NCBI GenBank assembly: GCA_010405405.1
Contig: MU004239.1
Span: 434,001-498,000 of the forward strand
Direction: 5' to 3'
Length of the DNA: 64,000 nt
DNA from: Microthyrium microscopicum
Lineage: Eukaryota
In this document: piece by piece, positions 1 to 10,747 of the stretch
Layout of the letters: each line of letters opens with the position of its first letter
How positions within the stretch are numbered: position 1 is the stretch's first letter
The notes under the pieces: generated by a model
The model's database searches: none
Told to the model about the DNA's origin: nothing
What the model saw: the letters and a program-made list of their open reading frames with translations, nothing else
Translations under genes and position numbers: made by a program

Positions 1-2
1 TC

Positions 3-497
3 GCCATCTCTACTCACCTTACGCATCAAACTCGCCTCTTTCAACAACTTACTGCCACTCTCCTCTCGCCTCTCGCACCCTCGCTTCCCCCAGATATAAT
101 CGATGAAATCATACCCGCGATAGACACTACGCTCGCCCTCCTTCCCTCATTAACACCAAATGCTGCAGCCTCGGCTGGCCTACATGCGCTTTCTGACAGC
201 ACAACTGCGCTGGTTGACGCCCTCTCAGCCATTGCAGACAGCCTACACATGATGCGCCAAACCTCCGGCTCAGCGACTCGACGATTGCGCGCCGTTCGTG
301 ATGCGCTACGCGAATGGCGCCTGGAAGACGGTGTACGGGAAGAAGGCGTACGATGGATTGAGCAGGGCAACTGGGACGGACGATTGAAAGAGCGGGAGTG
401 TGCGCGCGTCTGCCGTGAGGTATTAGGCGGATTTGAAGAGACGTGTGATTTATGGCGGCAACGACTACTGGCGAAGCAGGGCGCTGCAGTAGGATGA
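3..497 (+). CDS. 3' part of a hypothetical fungal protein (5' end outside the window)
   Basis: The frame of ORF 249-497 is open from position 3 (AISTHLTHQTRLFQQ...DLWRQRLLAKQGAAVG*). Helical, coding-like composition. No family recognised. Confidence 0.7.
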   Translation, partial: AISTHLTHQTRLFQQLTATLLSPLAPSLPPDIIDEIIPAIDTTLALLPSLTPNAAASAGLHALSDSTTALVDALSAIADSLHMMRQTSGSATRRLRAVRDALREWRLEDGVREEGVRWIEQGNWDGRLKERECARVCREVLGGFEETCDLWRQRLLAKQGAAVG

Positions 498-921
498 AAA
501 AAACCGCATCACATGGAGAGCGATATGCTCGAAATCGAAGTTGGATATATACTCCTAGACAGGTGCCATATATCCGCCTGGCCCTTGTGGTTATAACGAA
601 GACGACGCGATAGACATGATACGACCTATAAATACGTGTCTACGGATTATTGATAGACCTTATTACCAGCATATTTGTACACAGCAGCATACATAACTAG
701 ACGTCTTAATAGCGCTTGATTTTGGATATTTGATAGACGGAAGGACTCGCTAGCAGATTACCTCATAGATCATCATGAGATACATTATCCTACATCGTAC
801 CACCCTGTTTTACGGCTCTCATAGAATTAACTCTTTGATATCTCACGGAGACGTAGGTAAATCTGAAGATGTCTTGAACGGTTTCTCTCTAATATGATCT
901 TCTTAGCGGCTCTATATGGCG

Positions 922-2604
922 CTATATATCCAATACAATCTCTCCAATACCACGAGACACACAACTCAACATAGCATTCGACTTGTCCCAATCCTCCAAA
1001 CCAGTTCCTCGATGCTCAACACGACCTTTGAGAACACTGACCCGACAAGTCCCACAATTGCCAACCTCGCATGAACTAGGTACTTCGAATCCCGAGTCTC
1101 TCAGCACATCCAGCAGAGTCTGCGTACCTCTAACCTTGACCGTCTTTTGAGACTTTTGTAAGCACGCAGCGAACGGATCTCCAGACGCATCGACTTCGAA
1201 CGCTTCAAAGTGTAGATTTTCATCATTCATACCGTTTGCTTTTGCCTTTTGCTTCACATCGTCCATGAGGCGTTGGGAACCACAGCAGTATACGTGTGTT
1301 AGACTGTCTGTTTTCCGAAGGATCTTTTCCACGTCGCAGATCTGGTTGATGGATTTATCGTGTATTGTGCAGTTGTCGCCGAGTTCGCTTAGGTAGCGTT
1401 TGAAGGACATGTCGGCGGTGTTGCGGATGAGATAGTGCAGATGGTAGAGCCAGCCTTTCTCTTCACATTGCTTGGCTGCGGCGATGAATGCCGTTATTCC
1501 AATACCGCCGGCAATGAAAACGTGACGGTCTGCTGCTGGGTGTAGTGGGAAGGAAGAAGTGATGGTGCTGATGGATAGGTTATCGCCCACCTGTAGCGCA
1601 TCGTGGATGTAGGCGGAACCTCCCCTGCTTTTATCGCTCAGTGCTATGCCCAGTTCGAAGCGATTGTCGTTCCCAGAGACCACCGAATAGGCGCGAACCA
1701 AATCCCCTCCCAACTTCACACGAACATGCGAGCCAGGCAGTGCAGGTTCCGGCTCCTTCAACGGCTTCTTCGCTTCAAACACCACACAGAGAATCCGCGC
1801 ATTTTCATACGTCTTCTGAGCAACCACGTAATCCGCCCAAGCACCACTAAATTCTTCCTCTCCACCAACAAGCCGATCCGCAAAGTTTTCCATCTGCTTC
1901 CTCAACCGATTCGCAAACAACTTCTTAATCGCCTCTCCCAACCCATCAAGCACTACCAGCTCCTTCATCGCCTCCTCATTCTTCATGTCCTTGTATAAAT
2001 AGTGCTGCACCCGTCTTATCGACCAGTCTGGATTAGGTCGCGCCACCAAAACCATCTCATCACCAGCCTCAATATACCCTTCTCTCAATACGCGATAAAG
2101 CCATCCAGTGCGTCCACTCTCCTGGGCCCGTAGTGACATATCCTTACATTTGAACCGATGATTCAGCATATAGCAAGGCTGTCTCGGCTCCGTAACAGCC
2201 ACCAGCACCGTCCTACCAATTCTTACCACATCGCCGACGCAAACACTCGTCTCGTCCACAGCATCGCATACTAAATTCTCACCAAACCCACCCGGCCCGA
2301 TGAGTGATTTGCTCTCTGGAATTTCGCGCTCCCAGTCTTCGTAGTGGGCGGAACAGTATTGTAGAAGCGCTTTTTCGATTCCGCCGTGGTCTTTGAAGGA
2401 TTGTTGGTCGCCTTGGAGGCCGAGAGGGCCGACTTTTATGGGTCCGGAGACGGGGGTTTTGAAAATGGCGGTGGGGTTTGGGAGGTTGAAGGCGGGTTTT
2501 ATACGGCCGGTGCGGATTTCGCGAAGGGTGCCGTGGTGGATTGAGAGAGTGCTGGATTTTGATGTTTCTGAGCTTTGGTCGGAGGATTGGTCTGAGGTGG
2601 CCAT
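922..2604 (-). CDS. MOSC-domain (YiiM-like) protein fused to a PDR-like FAD/NAD-binding reductase and a 2Fe-2S ferredoxin
   Basis: 560-aa intronless ORF. MOSC motifs HGG-EKA, GGFGENL, EPRQPC, GRTGWLYRVL; FAD motif RAYS; NAD motif AGGIGIT; ferredoxin motif SCEVGNCGTC...LSC. Confidence 0.9.
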   Translation of the reverse strand: MATSDQSSDQSSETSKSSTLSIHHGTLREIRTGRIKPAFNLPNPTAIFKTPVSGPIKVGPLGLQGDQQSFKDHGGIEKALLQYCSAHYEDWEREIPESKSLIGPGGFGENLVCDAVDETSVCVGDVVRIGRTVLVAVTEPRQPCYMLNHRFKCKDMSLRAQESGRTGWLYRVLREGYIEAGDEMVLVARPNPDWSIRRVQHYLYKDMKNEEAMKELVVLDGLGEAIKKLFANRLRKQMENFADRLVGGEEEFSGAWADYVVAQKTYENARILCVVFEAKKPLKEPEPALPGSHVRVKLGGDLVRAYSVVSGNDNRFELGIALSDKSRGGSAYIHDALQVGDNLSISTITSSFPLHPAADRHVFIAGGIGITAFIAAAKQCEEKGWLYHLHYLIRNTADMSFKRYLSELGDNCTIHDKSINQICDVEKILRKTDSLTHVYCCGSQRLMDDVKQKAKANGMNDENLHFEAFEVDASGDPFAACLQKSQKTVKVRGTQTLLDVLRDSGFEVPSSCEVGNCGTCRVSVLKGRVEHRGTGLEDWDKSNAMLSCVSRGIGEIVLDI

Positions 2605-3284
2605 GGTTGATCTATTCAGTTGTAGTTGGAGGAGATAGTGTTATTTTAGATCTTGGAGTTGTACATAGTAAATATAGGAATAATTCTGCGAGGCATATTA
2701 GGTAGCAACTTGAAGTCAGCTGTGTCAAGTACAAGTGAAATGGTGGGATATGTAGGGCGTGAGAGCTGGCATATCAAGTACTGCCTGGTATGTAATTCCT
2801 ACTAGTAATGTACACTAGCGACATAGTATGTAAATCTTTTGGCATTTGGTGTGTACTCTGCCTTAACCTCCCTGTACATGTTGATGTACTGTTGATATCG
2901 GCCCTTTCCGAGGACGGATCAATACATCAGATAGATAGGTAGCTGCCCGTGGGACTCGACTCACTTCTACCGATCCCTCATAGGCGAAGCTGTAGAATGC
3001 CTTCAGAGCATGACAGGAAGATCAAGATCAATGATTGCTTAAGTTTATCTTCAGACTAACAAATCGAAGAAGGATCAAAGATGGATCATTTGAAGGATAG
3101 GGGTTCTAGCTTGTCGGGATACGGGCCGAAGCTCAATGCTTACATACCCTTGAAAGTTGAGCCTCGGTTCCAGCTTCTATAACGGAAGAAGTATCGAGCA
3201 TTTGATATCGACTCAACACCACATATACTTTTCCAACCACCATATTCCACCATGTCATAAACCGCATCAACACAACCTCCCATC

Positions 3285-6200
3285 ATGGCGCCCTCCTCCA
3301 AATCTCGATCCTCCACCCAAGCCGAACTCGTCCTCCTCCCCACTCTCAAATCCTGCCTCGTAAACCTACCCGCTTCCCTCGTCGCAATTCTCCAAAACGC
3401 AAACACCTTCGCCCAAGATGTCGTCGTCGAGCTCTCCTTCCGGCCTCCCCCACCGCCCGGCACCACCGATCGTCCTGCCGCCCGCTCAGTGTTCGTCGGC
3501 TGGACGGGCATGCCCGCTAAGCGCAAGCTAGCTCCCGTCGTCTCTCGTGACGGCCTCGCCGGGTCTCGAGGCAATGCGTTGCGCGAAACCGACGTGGCAA
3601 CTGTCGAAGTTGATCCTGTTTTCGCGCGCTTAGTCGGTCTGACTGATGGGGTGCGCTTGTCTGTTAGTCTGCATGTGGACCCTCCGCAGGCGCATACTAT
3701 CAACATTGAGCCGTTGACGGCTGCGGACTGGGAGATGATTGAGCTGCATGCACAGTTTCTGGAACTCAATTTTCTGTCGCAGGTGCGCGCGCTGCCAAAT
3801 CCTGCCGTGGAGGGCGTGCAGGCACATCCGATCACTTTACACTTGAGTCCAACGAGCACGGCTAGTGTGTTGGTTGTGAGCTTGCAACCGGCGCCTCCGG
3901 GCAAGTCGGCGTTTGTCAAAATTGCGCCTGATGCGGAGATTATAGTTGCACCAAAGGAGAGGCAGCGGGAACGCAGGGATGCTCGTGATGGGCGCAGCTC
4001 AGGGAGTAAGAAGAGTGTTGGTGGAAGGAGTGGTGCTAGTACCGTTCGCAAGAAGAGTGGTGGTCATCACTCAAGCAAAGGATCTTTGTTTCTCAGAGGA
4101 ATAGACCGGGGACTAGACGCTGACTGGTTCGATGAAGAAGATATGGTGAACGATGGGCTGAAAGTATGGGTTGATCGGGAGCTACTTCAGACGAAGCCTC
4201 TCAAAGGCGTTCAGTGGGTTGCAGTATCACTGGTAAAACCAAACGGTGTTATGGAGAAGGCCGATCCGCAGAAAGCGTCCGAAGAAACAGAAAAACCGGC
4301 TACCAAGATAGTAGCACGGTTAGGAGCCTGGGATGATGCTCCAGATATCCAGCATAGTGCTATGAGCTCTATGCTTTGCCAGTCTTTGTGCGCGGAAAAG
4401 ATGGTAGGAGGCTTGATAAAGATTGAGCCGGCACCAACAGCTTTAGATCCTGCATCTGTAAAGTCCAAAGATAGCAGTATGAAGGTTGCCCTCAAAGTGA
4501 TACCATTCATTGCGTCCGGCATAACATCTGCCAATACCGGGCTCAAATTTGGAGGCGAATCCAAACAAGAAAAGGACGAGTCCGCTCGAAATCTCAAAAA
4601 TATATTCGGGAAAGCTGAAGGAAATGGCTTACTGGATGGACCACTCAGTGAAGGCATGCTTCTACCAGAAATCAAGGACAAGAACTGGCACGGTGGAATC
4701 CTGCGCTTTCATCCTCCCATACCACAGTCTGAAAGCAACGACGGACCAGTTGCATGGCTTTTGGCACAAGACAAATCTTTCCCAATTGACTTTCAACCTG
4801 AAATCGCTCGACCGAACCAAGCGTTAAGAGGATGGTCTCCAGGCGACCCATTGCCCGAAAAGGAGCCTATACTAGTCGGAGTCGATAAAACACTTGATCA
4901 ACTCTTGTCCGACCTAGCTCACTCCTCGTCAACGCTTCTTACGGGTGGTTTGGGATCCGGCAAAACAAACGTCGCGCAGCTGATTGCGCATAGACTTCAG
5001 AAAGAATATCTCTTCCACTGCATATACTTCCCTTGCCGGACCAAGATGATGGGCGAATACAAAGTTTCCAACATCAAGGAAACTTTAGAAAGATTGTTCG
5101 CGGCAGCAGCATGGGGAGCACGCTCAGGCGGACGCTCTATCATCATACTCGATGATCTTGACAGTGTTTGTCTTGCAGAAACAGAGCTAGGCGAAGGAGG
5201 AGACAATGTGCGAAGTCGCCATGTCAGTGAAGCGCTCTGTGCGATAACACGACAATTCTGCACTTTGGACAGTGGAGTCGTGCTCCTCGCAACGGCGCAA
5301 AGCAAAGAATCGCTAAACAATATCATAATCGGCGGCCATGTTGTTCGAGAAATCACAAATCTCAGTGCGCCAAACAAGGACATGAGGCGCAAGGTTCTAG
5401 AATCGCTCGTCAAGGACTCACCAGATCCAATGGAACGGGAAGCAAAGACGACCTTTTATCGTACCTCATCGCAAAGCTCCAACCTTCATGACGGAGCATC
5501 AACTCCATCAGAGAACTCAAATAGCCGCCCCAGCACATCCGAAGGCCCGTCGGGTTTCACTATTGATCCTTCCACAGACTTCCTTGACCTCGCAGGTCAG
5601 ACGGACGGTTATATGCCTGGAGATCTTGTACTTCTTACTTCCCGCGCTCGCTCCGAGTGCTTGATCCGCACTATTGCTGCATCTCCAACCAGCACATCCA
5701 CACACCTCACCCTTACACCGGATGACTTCTCATCCGCCCTCAAAGGCTTCACGCCCGCCTCACTCCGGAACGTCACCCTCCAAACCTCAACCGTCAAGTG
5801 GTCCGCCATCGGCGGTCTACACGCAACGCGCCAGATCCTTCTCGAGACTCTCCAATATCCAACAACCTATGCACCAATCTTCAGCCAATGTCCCCTCCGT
5901 CTCCGCTCCGGCATTCTCCTCTACGGCTTCCCAGGATGCGGCAAAACACTCCTAGCCTCCGCCATCTCCTCCGAATGCGGCCTCAATTTTATCAGCGTAA
6001 AAGGCCCTGAGATCCTCAACAAATACATCGGCGCCTCCGAAAAGAGCGTCCGGGATCTCTTTGAGCGCGCACAAGCTGCGCGGCCTTGCGTTCTCTTCTT
6101 TGACGAATTTGACGCCATTGCCCCGAAACGTGGGCACGATAGCACAGGCGTGACTGATCGCGTCGTCAACCAATTGCTCACGCAAATGGATGGTGCGGAG

Positions 6201-6980
6201 GGCCTCGAGGGCGTATATGTGCTTGCCGCAACCTCCCGTCCCGATCTCATCGATCCGGCGCTGCTACGACCAGGCCGTCTGGATAAAAGCATCATCTGCG
6301 GCATGCCTGATGCCGGCGAACGCCAAGACATCCTCAAAGCCGTCGCAAGAGGTCTACGTGTCGACGAAGAAGTCCACGCTCGCTGGGCAGAAGTCGCAGA
6401 CCGTACTTCCGGTCTCAGCGGCGCAGACCTACAAGCACTCGTATACAACGCCCAGCTCGAAGCCGTCCACGACGTCCTAGGCGACACAGACCCATCAGCC
6501 GGCAAAAACAGCACCAACGGCTCAACCAAGCGCGCACCAGATTTCGACATCGTACGTCTAGGTGATCCAGCAGATCTAGACACGCATTCGCCAAAAATGC
6601 TCGCCGAGCGCGCCCTCACAGCAGCCAAACTACGCGACATGGCAGCTTTAAAACGCAAACAGCGAGCCGCGTCAGAACAGCGGTCGAAGACGCAGCATCA
6701 GCGCACGGGCAGTGGAGCTGTGGACAGCGCGGATGAGATGTTTGATGCGGCGAGTCCAGCACGCGGCAAGGGGAAAGAGAAGGAGGAAAGTGAGGATACG
6801 GAGCCGGTGATTATGTGGACGCATTTGCAGAAGAGTCTTGGTAGTACGAGAGCGTCGATTAGTGCACAGGAGAGACGGCGGCTGGAGCGGATTTATCGTG
6901 AGTTTGTGGATGGGAGGAGTGGGGATTTGCCGAGTGGGCAGGGTGGGAATGAGATTGGGGGGAGGACTAGTTTGATGTAG
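3285..6980 (+). CDS. PEX1: Peroxin-1, peroxisome biogenesis AAA+ ATPase
   Basis: 1231 aa. PEX-1N motif EPLTAADWEMIELHA; degenerate D1 (GGLGSGKT, ILDDLD); canonical D2 (GFPGCGKT, FFDEFD, RPDLIDPALLRPGRLD); typical C-terminus EIGGRTSLM. Confidence 0.96.
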   Translation: MAPSSKSRSSTQAELVLLPTLKSCLVNLPASLVAILQNANTFAQDVVVELSFRPPPPPGTTDRPAARSVFVGWTGMPAKRKLAPVVSRDGLAGSRGNALRETDVATVEVDPVFARLVGLTDGVRLSVSLHVDPPQAHTINIEPLTAADWEMIELHAQFLELNFLSQVRALPNPAVEGVQAHPITLHLSPTSTASVLVVSLQPAPPGKSAFVKIAPDAEIIVAPKERQRERRDARDGRSSGSKKSVGGRSGASTVRKKSGGHHSSKGSLFLRGIDRGLDADWFDEEDMVNDGLKVWVDRELLQTKPLKGVQWVAVSLVKPNGVMEKADPQKASEETEKPATKIVARLGAWDDAPDIQHSAMSSMLCQSLCAEKMVGGLIKIEPAPTALDPASVKSKDSSMKVALKVIPFIASGITSANTGLKFGGESKQEKDESARNLKNIFGKAEGNGLLDGPLSEGMLLPEIKDKNWHGGILRFHPPIPQSESNDGPVAWLLAQDKSFPIDFQPEIARPNQALRGWSPGDPLPEKEPILVGVDKTLDQLLSDLAHSSSTLLTGGLGSGKTNVAQLIAHRLQKEYLFHCIYFPCRTKMMGEYKVSNIKETLERLFAAAAWGARSGGRSIIILDDLDSVCLAETELGEGGDNVRSRHVSEALCAITRQFCTLDSGVVLLATAQSKESLNNIIIGGHVVREITNLSAPNKDMRRKVLESLVKDSPDPMEREAKTTFYRTSSQSSNLHDGASTPSENSNSRPSTSEGPSGFTIDPSTDFLDLAGQTDGYMPGDLVLLTSRARSECLIRTIAASPTSTSTHLTLTPDDFSSALKGFTPASLRNVTLQTSTVKWSAIGGLHATRQILLETLQYPTTYAPIFSQCPLRLRSGILLYGFPGCGKTLLASAISSECGLNFISVKGPEILNKYIGASEKSVRDLFERAQAARPCVLFFDEFDAIAPKRGHDSTGVTDRVVNQLLTQMDGAEGLEGVYVLAATSRPDLIDPALLRPGRLDKSIICGMPDAGERQDILKAVARGLRVDEEVHARWAEVADRTSGLSGADLQALVYNAQLEAVHDVLGDTDPSAGKNSTNGSTKRAPDFDIVRLGDPADLDTHSPKMLAERALTAAKLRDMAALKRKQRAASEQRSKTQHQRTGSGAVDSADEMFDAASPARGKGKEKEESEDTEPVIMWTHLQKSLGSTRASISAQERRRLERIYREFVDGRSGDLPSGQGGNEIGGRTSLM

Positions 6981-7231
6981 GATGTAGCGTAATGCCATTT
7001 ATGAAGTACTCTCTACGACTGATATTGGCTTTGTGGCCATTGACTTCTGAATGACGGTTTCCGCTTTATGGTGTGTTTTGAAGTATATCTTTGACAAACG
7101 CAAAACATTACTTATAGACAGAAGCATATTGTAATAGCACAGCGATCTAGCCGCTACAAGAAAACGCCATTCACCAAAGTCAAGCAGACCTCAATCGTCC
7201 CATAGCGAGCAAACCCGCAAAGCCTCCCTCC

Positions 7232-7831
7232 TCATTTTCCGACCGCATTCTCAGCCGCTGCTTTTGCATCTTTAACCTTCTCCACAATCGTATCCTTCGC
7301 ACCCTCCAGCCCACCCTTCGCCTTATCCGCCAACGCCATCTCCCGTCCGCCCCAATTCCAGTAATTCATATACCGATAACCTTGGAAAAGCTGCGACGAG
7401 CAGTTGATTACGTGGCAGCCGAACAGGAGGTAGTTCTTTGGTGTGATGGCCATTGAGTAGCGTGCGAATACGGCGGAGTAGAGAGCGAGTGCGCCTGTCA
7501 TGCGGCCGGATATGCTGTGGATTTGTATGTCAGAAATGGACCTGTGATCAAGGAGAGGCGGATTGGTGAATATACATTTCAGGATCTTTCTTCATGTCTG
7601 TGACGGCGGCAATTGGAATGCCAAAGTTGGAGGCTGGGCCCCAGAAGTCTGGTGGTTTTGTTAGTATTGTTGATATGGGGGTTTTTGGTGTATGGAGTCA
7701 TAGCTCCTTTGCTTCGGAGGTTTGTCTCGGGGTCCGGGAAGTAAGAGGATAGACGTACGGGTGGAGCAGAAGTAGTCGAGCCATGGGTTGGAACGTATAC
7801 GGGCATTGAGAGCTTTGACTGCGGCGGCCAT
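7232..7831 (-). CDS. MPC1: Mitochondrial pyruvate carrier subunit 1 (3 exons: 7831-7759, 7648-7576, 7514-7232)
   Basis: GT-AG splicing gives [83 protein letters not shown], the MPC1 signature. Confidence 0.93.
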
Positions 7832-8252
7832 TGTGGAAGGGGTTTGAGGGGAGATTTTTTGGAGATGGAGGGTCAATGGATGTTGAAAGTTCAAGGTTCA
7901 GATGTTGGAGGGAACCAACGGAACGGGTGAAGTGATGCACACGCCAAGCCGGCGATTGTTGGTGGCTGCCCAGCTATTTCCGGATCGATATACTGAAGCT
8001 CCATGATTGAAGTATCAAAGTCCTTTGAGATAGAACCAATGGTGACATTTAGCCACAAGTTAGAGTATGGAATATGCAATTCCAGAATATGAGATATGTT
8101 TGTATCAATAATTGAGTGTTTCAAACGGCATTGGTCTACTAAAACCTCTAAACGTCGTAAAATCAGATCCCATCCGCTTGTAACCATGATATGCTACCAA
8201 ACGCCTTGCAGCAAGTATTCCAGACTATCAGTGCCCCTTTTATACAAGGTCA

Positions 8253-10381
8253 TTATGCAAAGTTACCAGCCATGCCCACAAAAAGCGCTTGAGCTGCTAG
8301 TTGTAGTGTCCAGATCCCAACCTTTTTGATCCGACGTCGTCGAGCATGTACATTCTCAAGAACATCGCGAACAAATGCTTCATAGACCTGATGACATGTT
8401 AGTAAAGCAACATCAAATGGAAGACCTGGTAGCTTACCTCTTTATTGAGATCGTCGAGTAGCCCCGAGTCAAACAACGTCCAACTTCCGTCAAATTCATC
8501 ACGTTCCTTGATGACTCTCATATTGATTGGGATAAAAGTCCGCTGGGTGTTGATATAGGCGACAATTGGCCGGATCAACGCATTATTGACATACGATATG
8601 TCCTTTGTGAAAAGAGGAACTGCAGCACGAACGCCATTGAGATGAACCTTGATATCCATTACAAGGTGTCGTCCGTCTTCCTGTGGTTGCGCTGGAATGA
8701 GCTGGTCCGGAACAGGCGAGCCACCTTCTGAAATGGATTGCATTGCCTGTAGCGCATTTGGTTCAGGCTCCGGCTTTTTGATAGGAGGAATGGAGTTCGT
8801 TGTAACTGTAGCCTCTACCCGATCGATCACATCCGATAGGACTTTTGCGACACTTTCGTCGTCTTCATTTGGAAACATTACGTCAGCGATAATGTCTACA
8901 TTTCCTTCTCGTATCCATGAGAATGGGCCTTCGACTCCCCGGTTGAGGTGGTCGATGTTCAGGCCGTCAATTCGAAGTCGACTTTGCTTTTTCCAATCTC
9001 TGTCTCCTTCCGATGTGATAGTTCCCAGTTTAGCATCGGTATAATTCTGCATTTGCCGGGGATGTAAAGTGAATAGAGAATTGTCAATCGAGCCTGAAAT
9101 ATTGTTTGCCGACATGAAATCGTAAAACAGCCATTGCTGCCTTAACCGCGGCATATCGCAGGCAAATATGCTGATTTGAAATGGTCGAAAGTCATGTGGC
9201 TGGTATATGGTAACCAAGACGTCTTCCATTTTGAAAGAGTCAAGCTCAAAATCTCCAGTATTGTGCTCATGTTTGTAACTCTTGGGATCAATGTACTCGG
9301 TAGCATCTTGAACATGGGTCCGATCAATTACTCCTCGTATTCCTTTTACTTCGACGTTTTGAAGCAGGCCTTTGCCATTGAACCATTTAGCAAATGAGAG
9401 GGTGACATTGACAGTATCAATTGTGACATCGAATTGAGTATAGTTGCCGTCGTCTTTGGTACTGATCACTTCTTCCGGTCGCTCGACATTGGCTGCAGCT
9501 GCAGCTTGTGCTTGAGATCCTTTTTGAACTTTTGCCTGCCCCTGGCCTGGACGCCTTGATACGAAAACGTTGCCAAATGAAAGCACACCATCATTCCACT
9601 TCGGTACGATAGCTGACTCGAAGACAACTTGAAGGCCAGATGATTTGGTGAGATATGATCCAATCCATTTTCCGAGTGCTTCTTGGGCAATTACAGTGTT
9701 GATAAAGAACACTACCAGAGAGAAGAAGGTCGTGGTTCCGATAATGAGCCAGACAAAATGACCTAGAAAAATCCATGAAGCAAATCCCAGGATCTCGTCC
9801 ATACTGTATGGCCTGACACTACGTATCGAGAACCATTTGAACCGAACGCCAAGTCGTGACCAGAATCCACTGGCCGCGGCAAGCAATTCTTCTTTGGTAG
9901 GACGGTGTATATGTGAGAGGCGCTCTAGGATCGGGGCGGAAGCTGTAGTCTTGGTTGTGGTCTTGACATTCTCTGTCAATGGTTTTATTTGGGTAGATGC
10001 GATTGGCTTGCTGGGTCCAGGACCAGAACTTTTCCCTCCTTGGCTGACTGAACTCTTATTCCTCATGCCTCGTCTTATGCCACCCGTGGACGCGAACCGC
10101 TGCCAGGAGATGAATGCATCTAGTATTTTCCTCTTTGGGTATACTACATTGTTTGCGAATAAGCCAAGCGTTGACGGCAACGGTAGTCTTGTAAAGCGCT
10201 GTAACCGCGGAGGGACATGGTATGTTCTCCTCGCAAGTAAGGCGATGGTCTGTTGTGGAATCGCTCCTCCTCTGGAAACTTTAGTCGTGCCATTGACTGC
10301 ATCTTGCCACAGAGCGCCTCGTCGTAGCAACGGGCCTCCTAATCTTAAGCCTGCCACCTCCAGGCCTACATTTCTCAACAT
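8253..10381 (-). CDS. MDM31: Mitochondrial distribution and morphology protein 31 (2 exons; intron 8437-8388)
   Basis: Motifs RFKWFSIRSVRP, VFESAIVPKW, DGNYTQFDVTI, YVNNALIRPIVAYIN, FDGSWT. Exon 2 encodes VYEAFVRDV...RIKKVGIWTLQLAAQALF...NFA*. Confidence 0.92.
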
Positions 10382-10747
10382 TATCTGGCAACCGCGATCA
10401 TGGCGACCGTGGTATCTCCGTGAGACTAAATGCGAATTTCGTAAGGATGAGTTGTAGAGTCGAATAAAGGTGAGGTTTGAGTGTCAAACAGAGGCTGTTG
10501 CTGTTGTACAGGGCGGCGGAAGGTGTTGAAGGTTGGTAGAAATCAAGGAACCAAGCTTTGATAAAGTTGAAGAATCACGATTGCATTTCATGGGTGTCGG
10601 TCGGATGACATGGGGGGTCTCGGCATGCCGAATCTGCAATTAGATCTTCGAACCCGAGAATTGCAGGGGTCCAGTTACTCCACCAAGAAATTCTATATCC
10701 AAAAAAGTCAAGACCCCACGTTCACTGTTCATCCAAATCTGAAAACC

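Noticed and set aside
2882..2929. Short inverted repeat TGATGTA..TTGAT / ATCAA-TACATCA in the MOSC-PEX1 divergent intergenic region
   Set aside because: Short and interrupted; compatible with chance. No function can be supported.
3140..6998. Antisense and alternate-frame ORFs over PEX1 (and similar ones over MDM31, GMC and kinesin)
   Set aside because: Shadow ORFs of GC-rich coding sequence with no recognisable motifs.
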